Shown piece after piece: positions 19,457-28,464 of a stretch of DNA of 64,000 nucleotides. How positions within the stretch are numbered: the first letter of the stretch is position 1; each line of letters begins with the position of its first letter. A program made the position numbers and the translations under genes. This DNA comes from Candidatus Peribacteria bacterium (GTDB taxonomy: Bacteria; Patescibacteriota; Gracilibacteria; Peribacterales; Peribacteraceae), in the NCBI GenBank assembly GCA_016866875.1, contig VGKY01000004.1, positions 7,538 to 71,537 of the forward strand, given 5' to 3'. Under the pieces are notes generated by a model. That model ran no database searches, was not told the DNA's origin, and worked only from the letters and a program-made list of their open reading frames with translations.

Positions 19457-20479
19457 TTATAAGGCGGGATGACCCTTTCCAAGATACGTGATCCTATTGA
19501 GATTGTGCTCCTCGTTCGTCTGGGCATAGTGAATGTTTCCCGCGCGATCATGTAGATAGTACCAATACTTGTGGGCTGCAGGCTTGAGGGCAGCAGAAAT
19601 ACTGGGAAGACCAGGACTGGCAATGGGCCCCGGAGGGAGTCCGCGGAATTTACGGGTGTTGTAGGGCGAATCGACATTGAGATCTCCTGCGGTAATCGTT
19701 CCTGTAGGCTTATCCAATATATACCGGACGGTAGCATCGACACCGAGTCCCATCTTCTGATCGTAGCGTTTCCAAAGTATTCCTGAGATCGCCGGCCGCT
19801 CCCCGTCGCCGACAGCCTCCTCTTCTATAAGGGAAGCCATGGTTATGATCTCATGGAGACTCCTTCCCGATGCTGCGACGGTATCCGCAGAAATATCGAT
19901 GACCCGCTCGCGAAAGGTCCGAAGCAATCTGCTCAGGAATGCCTCCGTGGAAAATTGTTCCACATTCACGAAATACGTATCGGGAAAAAGATATCCCTCC
20001 GTTTTTCCGCCCCGCGTTGCCAATCCCGCACTCGGAGGAAGGAAACCGAACGCGGAAAGATCGCACGACTGCGAGCAGCGCAGAAAAGCGCCCGTAGCGG
20101 AAAGTCCCTTCTTCGTGAGGAGAGCATCGATGTCCCTGACCGTAAATCCCTCTGGGATCGTGAGCGCAATCTCCTGGGCCTTGCCGTGAAGCATAGCCTC
20201 GATCACATCCGCTGCGCTCATCGATCTCGTGAGGATGAATGTGCCCGCCTGAAGCCTGCCTTCACTACGTTGCCACTTCGCAAGGATGCGCAATGCCAAA
20301 GGAGATCGAATGACGCCTTGGCCATGGAGAACATTGGCTATCTGCCGGGTGCTGCTACCCGCCTCTATACGCACGGTCACCCGGCTTTCGTCACGAGCAC
20401 TCACAGGCCTAAGGGACCACTGATACCAGCCAAATGCAGAAGCGAAAAACAATGCAGCCGCAGCAATACATTTCTTCAT
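19457..20479 (-). CDS. mltG: Endolytic transglycosylase MltG
   Basis: TIPEGF, EGYLFPDTY, ASLIEEE, DATVRY, SPYNT, GLPPGPIASPG. Confidence 0.95.
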   Translation of the reverse strand: MKKCIAAAALFFASAFGWYQWSLRPVSARDESRVTVRIEAGSSTRQIANVLHGQGVIRSPLALRILAKWQRSEGRLQAGTFILTRSMSAADVIEAMLHGKAQEIALTIPEGFTVRDIDALLTKKGLSATGAFLRCSQSCDLSAFGFLPPSAGLATRGGKTEGYLFPDTYFVNVEQFSTEAFLSRLLRTFRERVIDISADTVAASGRSLHEIITMASLIEEEAVGDGERPAISGILWKRYDQKMGLGVDATVRYILDKPTGTITAGDLNVDSPYNTRKFRGLPPGPIASPGLPSISAALKPAAHKYWYYLHDRAGNIHYAQTNEEHNLNRITYLGKGHPAL

Positions 20480-20483
20480 GGAG

Positions 20484-20539
20484 CTATTGTCCATGCTCAA
20501 TTGTTTATTTTCAATTCGTTATGCTTAATTTCCCATTCC
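20484..20539. repeat. Degenerate heptamer array at the ybaB/mltG junction
   Basis: CTATTGT CCATGCT CAATTGT TTATTTT CAATTCG TTATGCT TAATTTC CCATTCC; spans the ybaB stop. Confidence 0.7.
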
Positions 20540-20836
20540 GCGCATTCCCTGCTCTGTCGGCAGGCCCATTTCTTTGTACACACCCTGCATCTTCTCCGCG
20601 GAAACCACCTGCGCTTTCTTGAGGGCACGATTGAGTGCATCTTTCAGAGCGGCAGGGAGGCGTGAGCGGTCAGCAGTTTCCGCAATGGTGATGGAGAGAA
20701 TTTCCTGCTCGCCCGATACAACGACGGAAACCCCCTCCGCCTCGGCTTCGACCTGGATCTTCTGTAGCTCCTTCTTCACGCGCTTGGCTTCGCGCTGAAG
20801 GCGGAACATGTCTCGAGCTTGGGAGAGGGAAACCAT
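20525..20836 (-). CDS. YbaB/EbfC nucleoid-associated protein
   Basis: 103 aa; AKRVKKEL..VEAEAEGVSVVVSGEQEI..LKDALNRALKKAQ. Confidence 0.88.
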   Translation of the reverse strand: MVSLSQARDMFRLQREAKRVKKELQKIQVEAEAEGVSVVVSGEQEILSITIAETADRSRLPAALKDALNRALKKAQVVSAEKMQGVYKEMGLPTEQGMRGMGN

Positions 20837-20874
20837 AGCAACAGTCTTCCAGAATTCTCACGTACGAAAAAGTA

Positions 20875-20967
20875 TTTTTCTGGTTTGTTGGTTTTATCGT
20901 TTTGCTCCTTGTTCGAAGAAACGCACAAACGCGCAACCGCACAAGCCAAAAGAATGTACAAACCGGG
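20875..20967. repeat. Inverted octamer arrays in the divergent ybaB/DUF1622 spacer
   Basis: TTTTTCTG GTTTGTTG GTTTTATC GTTTTGCT CCTTGTTC / AAACGCAC AAACGCGC AACCGCAC AAGCCAAA..AAACCGGG. Confidence 0.72.
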
Positions 20968-21042
20968 AATGCCCATCTACCATGGAACCCCGAGATGACC
21001 TTCTCGGAACTCACGTCATCGGTGAGCCCCCCTCTTATGGGC

Positions 21043-21498
21043 ATGATGCACCTTCCCGAGGAATCGGAACGGGCAGTTTCTGCGTCCATCGTGGCTCTCG
21101 AAAGAAGCGGCTTTATAATAGGTCTCGATGCCGTGAGCATCATCGTCTCGACGCTCATTGGATACATCGGAGTCTTCATCATGGCCTATGGATGTTTGCG
21201 TGCGGTCTACGAATTTGCCATGGGTGGCAGAGGGCACGACCTCAGACTCCCCATGATCCGAGTGCACCTGGGAAAGCACCTTGCGTTGGGACTCGAGTTT
21301 CTCGTCGGTAAAGACATCATTGAAAGCGTTGTGCACCCAACCTGGGACGACCTCGGGAAGCTCGGCACCATCATCATCCTCCGCACGCTCGTCACGATCT
21401 TCCTCTCGAGGGAACTGAAAGAAGTAGAGGAAGAGTTCAAGCTAGAAAGCCGCAAGCTCTCCCTCGAGCAACGCAGGGCAAGACTGGGAAAGAAGTGA
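21043..21498 (+). CDS. DUF1622 membrane protein
   Basis: RVHLGKHLALGLEFLVGKDIIESV..PTWDDLGKLGTIIILRT..LSREL; start approximate. Confidence 0.88.
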   Translation: MMHLPEESERAVSASIVALERSGFIIGLDAVSIIVSTLIGYIGVFIMAYGCLRAVYEFAMGGRGHDLRLPMIRVHLGKHLALGLEFLVGKDIIESVVHPTWDDLGKLGTIIILRTLVTIFLSRELKEVEEEFKLESRKLSLEQRRARLGKK

Positions 21499-21543
21499 GC
21501 AGCACGCAATAACAAGGACACATTGTTCCCTGCGTGCAACCTC

Positions 21544-24147
21544 TCAATGCACAATACCAATGCGATCCTCAATTTCCTGATCGACAAACTCCCGCTTGCG
21601 CCCGTACTTCATGCGGCTGTACTCCTTGATGAGCGCGGCGAGCTTCTCATTTCTCGCGCTCTCGTCGTAGATCGTCTGCAGCGAAAATGCGCGTGAGGTC
21701 ACGTTGTTGATATTGAGCTTGCAGTAGCAGCTGAAGTTCGGGATGCCAATGACGTCTTGATCGGAGACGACCGGCGCCATTTCCTTCGCCATGTACTCCG
21801 CGTCTTCGGCGCCGATTTTGAAGCTCATGATCGTGCCGACGTTACCGAAGACCGCGTCACGCATCTTGCTACTGGCCTGCCCGTAGGCTTCGGTCTTTCC
21901 CACGAGTTGCCCAATGTACTGGTGCGCCATGATGAGGCCGAGTTCGTACTTGCGCGCCTCCGAGAGAATCGTGGCAAAGGCGTCGGTGACGAAGTTCTGG
22001 AACTCGTCAACGTAGAGGTAGAAGCGTCGGCGCTGCGGACGCGGAATATCTGCGCGACTCATCGCGGCCATGTTCACCTTGTTGACGAAGATGAGTCCCA
22101 GCAGCTGCGCGTTCACATCGCCGATCTTTCCTTTGCTCAAGTTCACGAGGAGCACCTTGCCGGTATCCATCACCTCGCGAATGTTGAAGGCGCTCTTCGG
22201 CTGCCCGATGATATTGCGCATCGTAGTGTTGGTAATGAAGGGGCCGAACTTCGAGGAGAAGTACGGGATCATCTCCTCTTTTTCCCGAGCGCCCGTCTTG
22301 GCGATTTCATGCTCCCAGAAACTGCGCACGACGGCATTCTTGCATTTGGAAACTTTGTACTTCTGAAACTCGTCGTCGACGAAGAGGCGTGGGACGTCGA
22401 TGAGCGTTGCTCCCTCCTCCTCATCGTCCATGAGCGTGAGACAACCGTTTCGGAAGTAGTGCTGGATCCTAGGACCGAAGATCTCGTTGCCGAAGAGCTT
22501 GATGAAAATCTCCATGGCATCGAGCGAGGCGCGATCCTTCTCTTCAGGCGTATTTGCCTCGAGGAGATTTAGTCCCATGGGACGCGCGTTGTCGGCCGGA
22601 TCGAAGAGGATGATGTCTTTGGCGCGCTCTTTGGGCGTGTGTGCCAGGGCATCCTCGATGAGGTCGCCGTGGGGATCGACGATGCAGAGTCCTTCGCCGT
22701 TTTTGATGTCCTGACGGCTCATCCAGCTGATGAGCGACGACTTACCACAACCGGATTTTCCGATGATGTAGTGATGGCGCGTGCGGTCGCCGCCGCGGAA
22801 CCGGATCTCTGTGTCTACGGCGCGGTAGCGGTTGATGCCCAGGAGGACCCCTTCGCTCGGCGCATCGGGAGGCGGCGGGAGCACCCGGTAGGCGATCCAC
22901 TGGATGATCGGGATCTTGTTGTAGCGGCTGTCGGGGAAGTGGAAGAGTCCCGCGAGCTCTTTTTCTACGAGCATGCACTCGCGATGCATGTACGTGCACA
23001 CTCTGTGCTTCCAGAGCCAGTGGATGATGGGACCGTTGATGATATGTGGGAGAAAGCCGATGATCATGCGCTTGTTCATCAGGACGTTACCGTAGAGGTC
23101 CTTGAACGCGTTGAACGCAACCTGGATGTTGTTGGTGAGATCGAGCGCGCGCTCCGGCTTTTTGGAGGAAGCCATGATACGAATCGCTGCATGATAGAAG
23201 CTCATGCCTCCCTTCTCGGCCATGCGCTTGTAGAGGTCTTCCTCCGGCTGGACCATACGCACGAACGAATCGCCGCCGCTCGCTCCGGGGGCATTGGTCT
23301 TCTTCCCCGTCGCGAACTCCGAAAATCCACTGAGAAAAAACCCGAGAACGGGAATGCTCGCAAACGTGCTATGCTTCTTGCCTTTGAACCCCGAAGAAGC
23401 GTTGCGCTTGGCGAGCGTATTGTACTTTTTGCGGATCGCGGGCGTGAGGACGATCTGTACCGCGGCCACTTCGTCCTTGTCCATTTTGGAGAGCACGTTG
23501 GAAATGCCGTTTAAGGGATCGTCCTGCATCAGATCATACGTACGCAGCGGATGCGAAAAGTGCTTCTGGAACTTGAGGTAGTACCCGACGAGCCTGTAGC
23601 CCTTCGGGCAAACTTCCGGCGTCCGCTCGAGCGTAACCTCGGCATCGGGATAGAATGCCGTAATCTGCTTCTCGGCGATCGAGACGAGCTTGGGATGCGT
23701 GACGACGTAGAACGTGAGCAACCCCTTCTCCACGTACATCTCAAAACTAATGCGGATGTCGCGGGTGATCCAGAAGTGAAGCATCTGCCAGAAGTCGAGA
23801 TTGCGCACTTCCCAGAGTGCGCGGTAGAGCTGTTCCATGATCGCGACCTTCTCCTTGAAATCCTTCTCCGTGCGCTTTTCCTGGTCGAGCTTGGTATCGG
23901 AACGTGGCAGAACGACTTTCATCGACACGAGCTTCCGGCTCCGCCAGGTCGCGTAGGTGAACCGTGCGGAGCGACGCAGAAACGTGAAGGCGAAGTACGC
24001 CGAGAGCAGGAAGATACTGCGAGCAACCGGGTCTGCGATGAACCAATCCCCGATGATAAACCAAATGTCCGATCGCACGAGCGTCGTTGATAAGGCCACC
24101 AGCAACCAGAGAACGGGCCAGAAGAGAACACGGAGGAAAACGAGCAT
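21544..24147 (-). CDS. TraD/VirD4/HerA-like membrane-anchored ATPase (paralogue 1)
   Basis: N-terminal TMs, RHHYIIGKSGCGKS, VDPHGDL, LYVDEFQNF, ILSEARKY, AHQYIGQL, FGNVGT. Confidence 0.9.
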   Translation of the reverse strand: MLVFLRVLFWPVLWLLVALSTTLVRSDIWFIIGDWFIADPVARSIFLLSAYFAFTFLRRSARFTYATWRSRKLVSMKVVLPRSDTKLDQEKRTEKDFKEKVAIMEQLYRALWEVRNLDFWQMLHFWITRDIRISFEMYVEKGLLTFYVVTHPKLVSIAEKQITAFYPDAEVTLERTPEVCPKGYRLVGYYLKFQKHFSHPLRTYDLMQDDPLNGISNVLSKMDKDEVAAVQIVLTPAIRKKYNTLAKRNASSGFKGKKHSTFASIPVLGFFLSGFSEFATGKKTNAPGASGGDSFVRMVQPEEDLYKRMAEKGGMSFYHAAIRIMASSKKPERALDLTNNIQVAFNAFKDLYGNVLMNKRMIIGFLPHIINGPIIHWLWKHRVCTYMHRECMLVEKELAGLFHFPDSRYNKIPIIQWIAYRVLPPPPDAPSEGVLLGINRYRAVDTEIRFRGGDRTRHHYIIGKSGCGKSSLISWMSRQDIKNGEGLCIVDPHGDLIEDALAHTPKERAKDIILFDPADNARPMGLNLLEANTPEEKDRASLDAMEIFIKLFGNEIFGPRIQHYFRNGCLTLMDDEEEGATLIDVPRLFVDDEFQKYKVSKCKNAVVRSFWEHEIAKTGAREKEEMIPYFSSKFGPFITNTTMRNIIGQPKSAFNIREVMDTGKVLLVNLSKGKIGDVNAQLLGLIFVNKVNMAAMSRADIPRPQRRRFYLYVDEFQNFVTDAFATILSEARKYELGLIMAHQYIGQLVGKTEAYGQASSKMRDAVFGNVGTIMSFKIGAEDAEYMAKEMAPVVSDQDVIGIPNFSCYCKLNINNVTSRAFSLQTIYDESARNEKLAALIKEYSRMKYGRKREFVDQEIEDRIGIVH

Positions 24148-24215
24148 TTCTCATGAGTATAGCAGAAAACAGCCATCGGCTCCAGTGCCCAAAGAAATGG
24201 CTAAGAACTCACGCT

Positions 24216-25259
24216 TCAACTCCCATCTCCGCACTCCACGGCATGCATGCGCATATCGCGGCGTCGACCCTCCTGTGTCGTGAAGAGGAACGTGTAGCGC
24301 CCGGGTACTGATGGCGTAAAGGAAAACGCTTCTTCAGGCGCCACCCAGTCCTGCATCCGCACGATCGTACCATCGGGGTATGTAATGCCACGCACGACGA
24401 ACCAGCGATTGGCTTTGAGGATCATCTGCTTTCCCGTCTTCCACTGATGCGGAATGCCGCGTTGGAAGCGAGCATCGCGGGTAAGCCGTTGCTGGAAACG
24501 CAGCCGGGCTCCGCAGCCCTCCACCAAGCTGACATCACCGAGTCGCTCGAAACGCGCCCGCAGCAACCCCTGCGACCGCGGAGCAATGGTGACAAACGAC
24601 GCAACGCTCAAGTCCATGTCTCGACCATCCACGTACGGACCTCGGTCATTGATGCGTACCGTGACGCTTTTGCCATTGTCGACATTGGTGACGACCACGA
24701 GGGTGTTATGGGGAAAACTGCGATGCGCTGCGGTGAGAGCGTGCATGTCAAAGCTCTCCCCAAACGCCGTGCCGTCTCCGTGAAACTCCTCACCGTACAT
24801 GCTCACCACATGCACCTCTTCTCGTAACTGGCGATCGAGTTTTGTCGCAAGGGAACGAAGATCCGCCTCAGATTGGACCAGCGATGCAAGATTGGCACCG
24901 GTATCGATGAGGGGGTAGCGCTGCATCAGAGCCGGAAGGTGCTCCTGCTGCATATCGGGAAGCTCAGCAACGTTCCGTGTGCGGTAGAGCCATAGCAGTG
25001 CATCCCCGAGCGTGAGCGAGTCATCGGGAGTGAATGTCGGAGCATCATCGATGATTCCCCTGTTCTTCGCGTAGGTAATCTCCGCAAAGCCGCGATCACC
25101 ATCGGGCACATCGGCAAACGGCTCCTCGCGGACATCATTCGCCGGGCGACGGATCCCCTCCCAGAGAAGCAAAAAGCCATCACGGCGCGTAAGAGCATCC
25201 GCCGCTAGCGCTTTCGGGGCCATGATCAACAACAAGAGTACTGTACAGAAACCTCTCAC
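24216..25259 (-). CDS. RlpA-family lytic transglycosylase with SLH-like N-terminus
   Basis: FADVP..AKNRGII; YGEEFHGDGTAFGESFDMHALTAAHRSFP, VRINDRGPYV, MDLS; start approximate. Confidence 0.88.
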   Translation of the reverse strand: MRGFCTVLLLLIMAPKALAADALTRRDGFLLLWEGIRRPANDVREEPFADVPDGDRGFAEITYAKNRGIIDDAPTFTPDDSLTLGDALLWLYRTRNVAELPDMQQEHLPALMQRYPLIDTGANLASLVQSEADLRSLATKLDRQLREEVHVVSMYGEEFHGDGTAFGESFDMHALTAAHRSFPHNTLVVVTNVDNGKSVTVRINDRGPYVDGRDMDLSVASFVTIAPRSQGLLRARFERLGDVSLVEGCGARLRFQQRLTRDARFQRGIPHQWKTGKQMILKANRWFVVRGITYPDGTIVRMQDWVAPEEAFSFTPSVPGRYTFLFTTQEGRRRDMRMHAVECGDGS

Positions 25260-25284
25260 AGAAGCATGTTCCCATTCCGTAGAA

Positions 25285-25319
25285 CAATTTTCCATTTTTC
25301 ATTTCTCATTTTTCATTTC
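25285..25319. repeat. Heptamer array abutting the stop of the 3D-domain gene
   Basis: CAATTTT CCATTTT TCATTTC TCATTTT TCATTTC. Confidence 0.85.
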
Positions 25320-26689
25320 TACAGTGCTTTCCACCCCTGTGCGCGCACGACACGGTATGCCTCACTGAGCTCCTCGCGCTGGAGTGTCCTCAGCGTCTCC
25401 GGTCCCACCGATCCTGCGCCAACATCCCCTGCGCCTCGCACAATTCCTCGAGCAATCTGATACTGCAAGACCGCCTGCTCCGTGAGAGCACCGAAGTTGC
25501 CGTTGATCTTCTCACCCGGAAAATATCCGCGCTCCACAAGCAGGTGCTGCAAGAGTCGCACACGTGGACCTGCGTGACCGACAGCAAGGAACGTGTCGAT
25601 CGCGGTGCCGCGCCTGTCCATGACCTTCTCCACCTCACGCACCGCGAGATATTTCTCAGCGCGCTGTGCGATAAGCGCTCGGTTCCACGATCGCTCAAGG
25701 GACGCCCTCGTGAGCGGCCCAATGCGTCCCGCACCGGGATCGAGAGCTGTTCCGACAAGACCGTGGTCTTGCTGGAAGCGGAGAATGGATTGCAGAAGCG
25801 CAAGCGAATAGGCGCCGTCCGTGCGACCATTGTAGTAGCCGAGGAATCGCAAAATTCTCTGCGCACTGCTCACGGATTGGCCCTCAGAGCCCTGTGCTAC
25901 ATCGCCGCGAATCGGCAAGTCCTCTCCGCGTCGCTTCGTAGCTGCAAGCAAGAATGCCGCGGTGCGCTCGGTGAGCCTATCGGAGGGCTCATCGATGCTG
26001 TAGTCCTGGAGAAATGCCGCAAGTGCCTCGCGCGTTTCTTGACCGAAGTGCCCGGAGGAATTGCGGGAGAAGTACCCTGCATTGCGCAGGTGATCTTGGA
26101 GGATCGAAGCCGAGAGCGTGCGATCACCGAGTGCGGGAGAGAGAGCAAGGAGATTTTCCGTCTGCACGCCAAAGGGCACGAGCCGCTGCTGCGGGGAAGG
26201 AAGGCGCGCGAGATCGAAATCGTTGTGCGGCTGCCTCGAACCAACGGGGTAGACACGACCCGTGACTCGCTGCACACCGAAGGCAAGGGCGCGCGCAAGT
26301 CCCTCTTCTCCCTCCCCTACCCAGATATCCAAACGATGAGCACCGCCATCGAGCTCCTGGATCGCACCGCCTCGGTCGTGGACCGTGAGTGTGCCGATAC
26401 CGGGAAGATTGACACGTGTACCGAAACCGTAGGCCGGGGGCGCCGCGAGCATGCCGGGATAAACGGCCGTGCCGTCGGCTGCGGTGTGGCCTTCGCCGTT
26501 GAGCACTTTGTCTGCAACAAGTCCGCCGCGGACGTAGCAACACTGACCGGGCTTCGGGGAGTAGTACGCTGTGACGACAAACTCCTGCGTACGCGGAGAT
26601 GTGGGATCCGTACCGACAACGTTGTACGGTGCAATCAGTGCCACGAGGGCAACGATGACACGGATGTGGAGGGGGGTTTTTGTGTGCAT
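25319..26689 (-). CDS. 3D-domain and peptidoglycan-binding-domain cell wall protein
   Basis: VTAYYS..TADG..LAAP..FGT..HDRGGAI..LDIW, followed by three PG_binding_1-like repeats. Confidence 0.87.
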   Translation of the reverse strand: MHTKTPLHIRVIVALVALIAPYNVVGTDPTSPRTQEFVVTAYYSPKPGQCCYVRGGLVADKVLNGEGHTAADGTAVYPGMLAAPPAYGFGTRVNLPGIGTLTVHDRGGAIQELDGGAHRLDIWVGEGEEGLARALAFGVQRVTGRVYPVGSRQPHNDFDLARLPSPQQRLVPFGVQTENLLALSPALGDRTLSASILQDHLRNAGYFSRNSSGHFGQETREALAAFLQDYSIDEPSDRLTERTAAFLLAATKRRGEDLPIRGDVAQGSEGQSVSSAQRILRFLGYYNGRTDGAYSLALLQSILRFQQDHGLVGTALDPGAGRIGPLTRASLERSWNRALIAQRAEKYLAVREVEKVMDRRGTAIDTFLAVGHAGPRVRLLQHLLVERGYFPGEKINGNFGALTEQAVLQYQIARGIVRGAGDVGAGSVGPETLRTLQREELSEAYRVVRAQGWKAL

Positions 26690-26760
26690 GTTTCCCCACA
26701 TTGTACCAAAGAGAAGGCATGCAGTCTGTAATGTTTATATGACATTTCACGGTGTTTCCC

Positions 26761-27759
26761 TCAAGCTCCGACAACGAGCTCTTCTTCGAGGCGCATGCCA
26801 AATCTCCCCGGAATATAGACTCCTGGCTCAATGGTGATGATCTCGTTTTTCAGGAGCTCCCGATCGGGAGCCTTGGTGGAAAGCGTGACACCCTCGTGGA
26901 TCTCGAGTCCCACTCCGTGACCGAGTGCATGGCAGAAGTACTGCTCCAAGCCGTACCCCTTGAGGACGTCACGCGCGATGCGGTCGATGCTTCGCGTGGA
27001 GGCTCCGGGCTTGACCGCTCCCATCGCTGCGTCTTTGGCCGCGCACACCGCTTCGTGGACTCTACGTTCCAGAGCCGTTGGCTGCGCCGTGAAAAAGACC
27101 GCACTCTGATCGGCGCAGTAGCCGCGGTACCGCGCTCCGCAGTCGACCTGGACGATGTGCCCCTTGCGAAGCATCCGGCTCGTCGGGTGGTGATGGGGAG
27201 AGCTGGAATGCGTTCCAAAGGCAACGATCGGGGGAAACGCCATGCCTTCGGCTCCAAGTTCACGCGCCCAGACCTCCAGCTGCCAGGCGAGATCGGTCTC
27301 GCGGATGGGGCGACGGATCGCCATGGGTACGCGACGCAAGATCTCACAGGTGATGCGCTGCGCCCGACGGAACGCCCGCAGTTCCTCGTCGTCCTTCGAT
27401 CGGCGGAACTGCTCGATGATTCCCGAAGTTCGAACAAATTTTGTGTTCTTGAATTTTGTCTTCCAGATAGCCAAACGCGAGAGCGTGACCGCATCTCCTT
27501 CGACTCCGCAGATGCGGACAGAGCGCAGGGCCAAAGCGAGTTCTTCCCCATCGCTCACACGAAATCTCCTGCCAGCATGTCTGCGAGCCACCTCCAGATA
27601 ACGGGCATCGGTGAAGAGTGTCATCCGCTCCTTCGTGAGGAGGACTAGGCCCGAAGATACGCTCAGTCCCGTCAGGTAACGGATGTTGACAAGATCGCTG
27701 ATGAGAAGTGCAGAAACATCTGCGCCTCGCAGGATCTTCCCTGGGGAAACTGGTGTCAT
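26761..27759 (-). CDS. Xaa-Pro aminopeptidase (M24B)
   Basis: NIRYLTG, TDARY, PHH, DCGA..YCAD, HALGHGVGLEIHE, TIEPGVY, GMRLEE. Confidence 0.93.
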   Translation of the reverse strand: MTPVSPGKILRGADVSALLISDLVNIRYLTGLSVSSGLVLLTKERMTLFTDARYLEVARRHAGRRFRVSDGEELALALRSVRICGVEGDAVTLSRLAIWKTKFKNTKFVRTSGIIEQFRRSKDDEELRAFRRAQRITCEILRRVPMAIRRPIRETDLAWQLEVWARELGAEGMAFPPIVAFGTHSSSPHHHPTSRMLRKGHIVQVDCGARYRGYCADQSAVFFTAQPTALERRVHEAVCAAKDAAMGAVKPGASTRSIDRIARDVLKGYGLEQYFCHALGHGVGLEIHEGVTLSTKAPDRELLKNEIITIEPGVYIPGRFGMRLEEELVVGA

Positions 27760-27805
27760 GGCGGCAGTATACCAATTGCCCAAAACCGTGTTTTCTGCTA
27801 TCATT

Positions 27806-28462
27806 ATGGGAATGCTTTTCCTCCTCCGCTCCATGCGCCGCACCCGCTCGTTCACCCGAAAATTTTCGCATATCGCTTCGTCCGCAGCGATCCTCGCAGG
27901 TCTCTGTACCCTCACCGTCGCGCACGCATCGTTTTACACCGGTGGCGGCATCGATGCGGGAATCACTGCAGCTAAGGACATCCTCGGCATTGGTTTTACT
28001 GCGCCGGATGTGACGATCAACATAATTATTAATCAAATGATCCTTTACGTAAATTTGATTGCGGTCGCCGTCATTGTCATCGCGGGATTTTATCTGATCC
28101 TCGGACTTGGAAGCGAACCCTCCAGGGATACGGCCAAGAAGATCATCCTCTACACAGCAATCGGCATCGCGATCATTGTGCTCGCAAGAGATATTGTGGA
28201 TTTGATGTATGGGCTGCCCAGGGGTACCGATGCACCGGGCATTCGCACGAGAATCACGGCTATCATCAACACAGCAACGACGTACCTCGCGCTCATCTTG
28301 GTCGTAGTCGTCGTGATCGCGGGCTTCACCTTGCTCCTCAGCGGCGGAGACGAGGGGCGAAGGGACACCGCGAAGAAGATCATCCTCTACGCGATAATCG
28401 GCACAATCATCATCGCCTTTACCAGGGCCATCGTGGTCTTTATCAATGACATTCTTTCATAA
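27806..28462 (+). CDS. Tandem VirB2/TrbC-like (T4SS pilin-like) protein
   Basis: Signal peptide (AHA) followed by two homologous units, each with ..IAGF..G.E..RDTAKKIILY..IG.. Confidence 0.78.
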   Translation: MGMLFLLRSMRRTRSFTRKFSHIASSAAILAGLCTLTVAHASFYTGGGIDAGITAAKDILGIGFTAPDVTINIIINQMILYVNLIAVAVIVIAGFYLILGLGSEPSRDTAKKIILYTAIGIAIIVLARDIVDLMYGLPRGTDAPGIRTRITAIINTATTYLALILVVVVVIAGFTLLLSGGDEGRRDTAKKIILYAIIGTIIIAFTRAIVVFINDILS

Positions 28463-28464
28463 TC

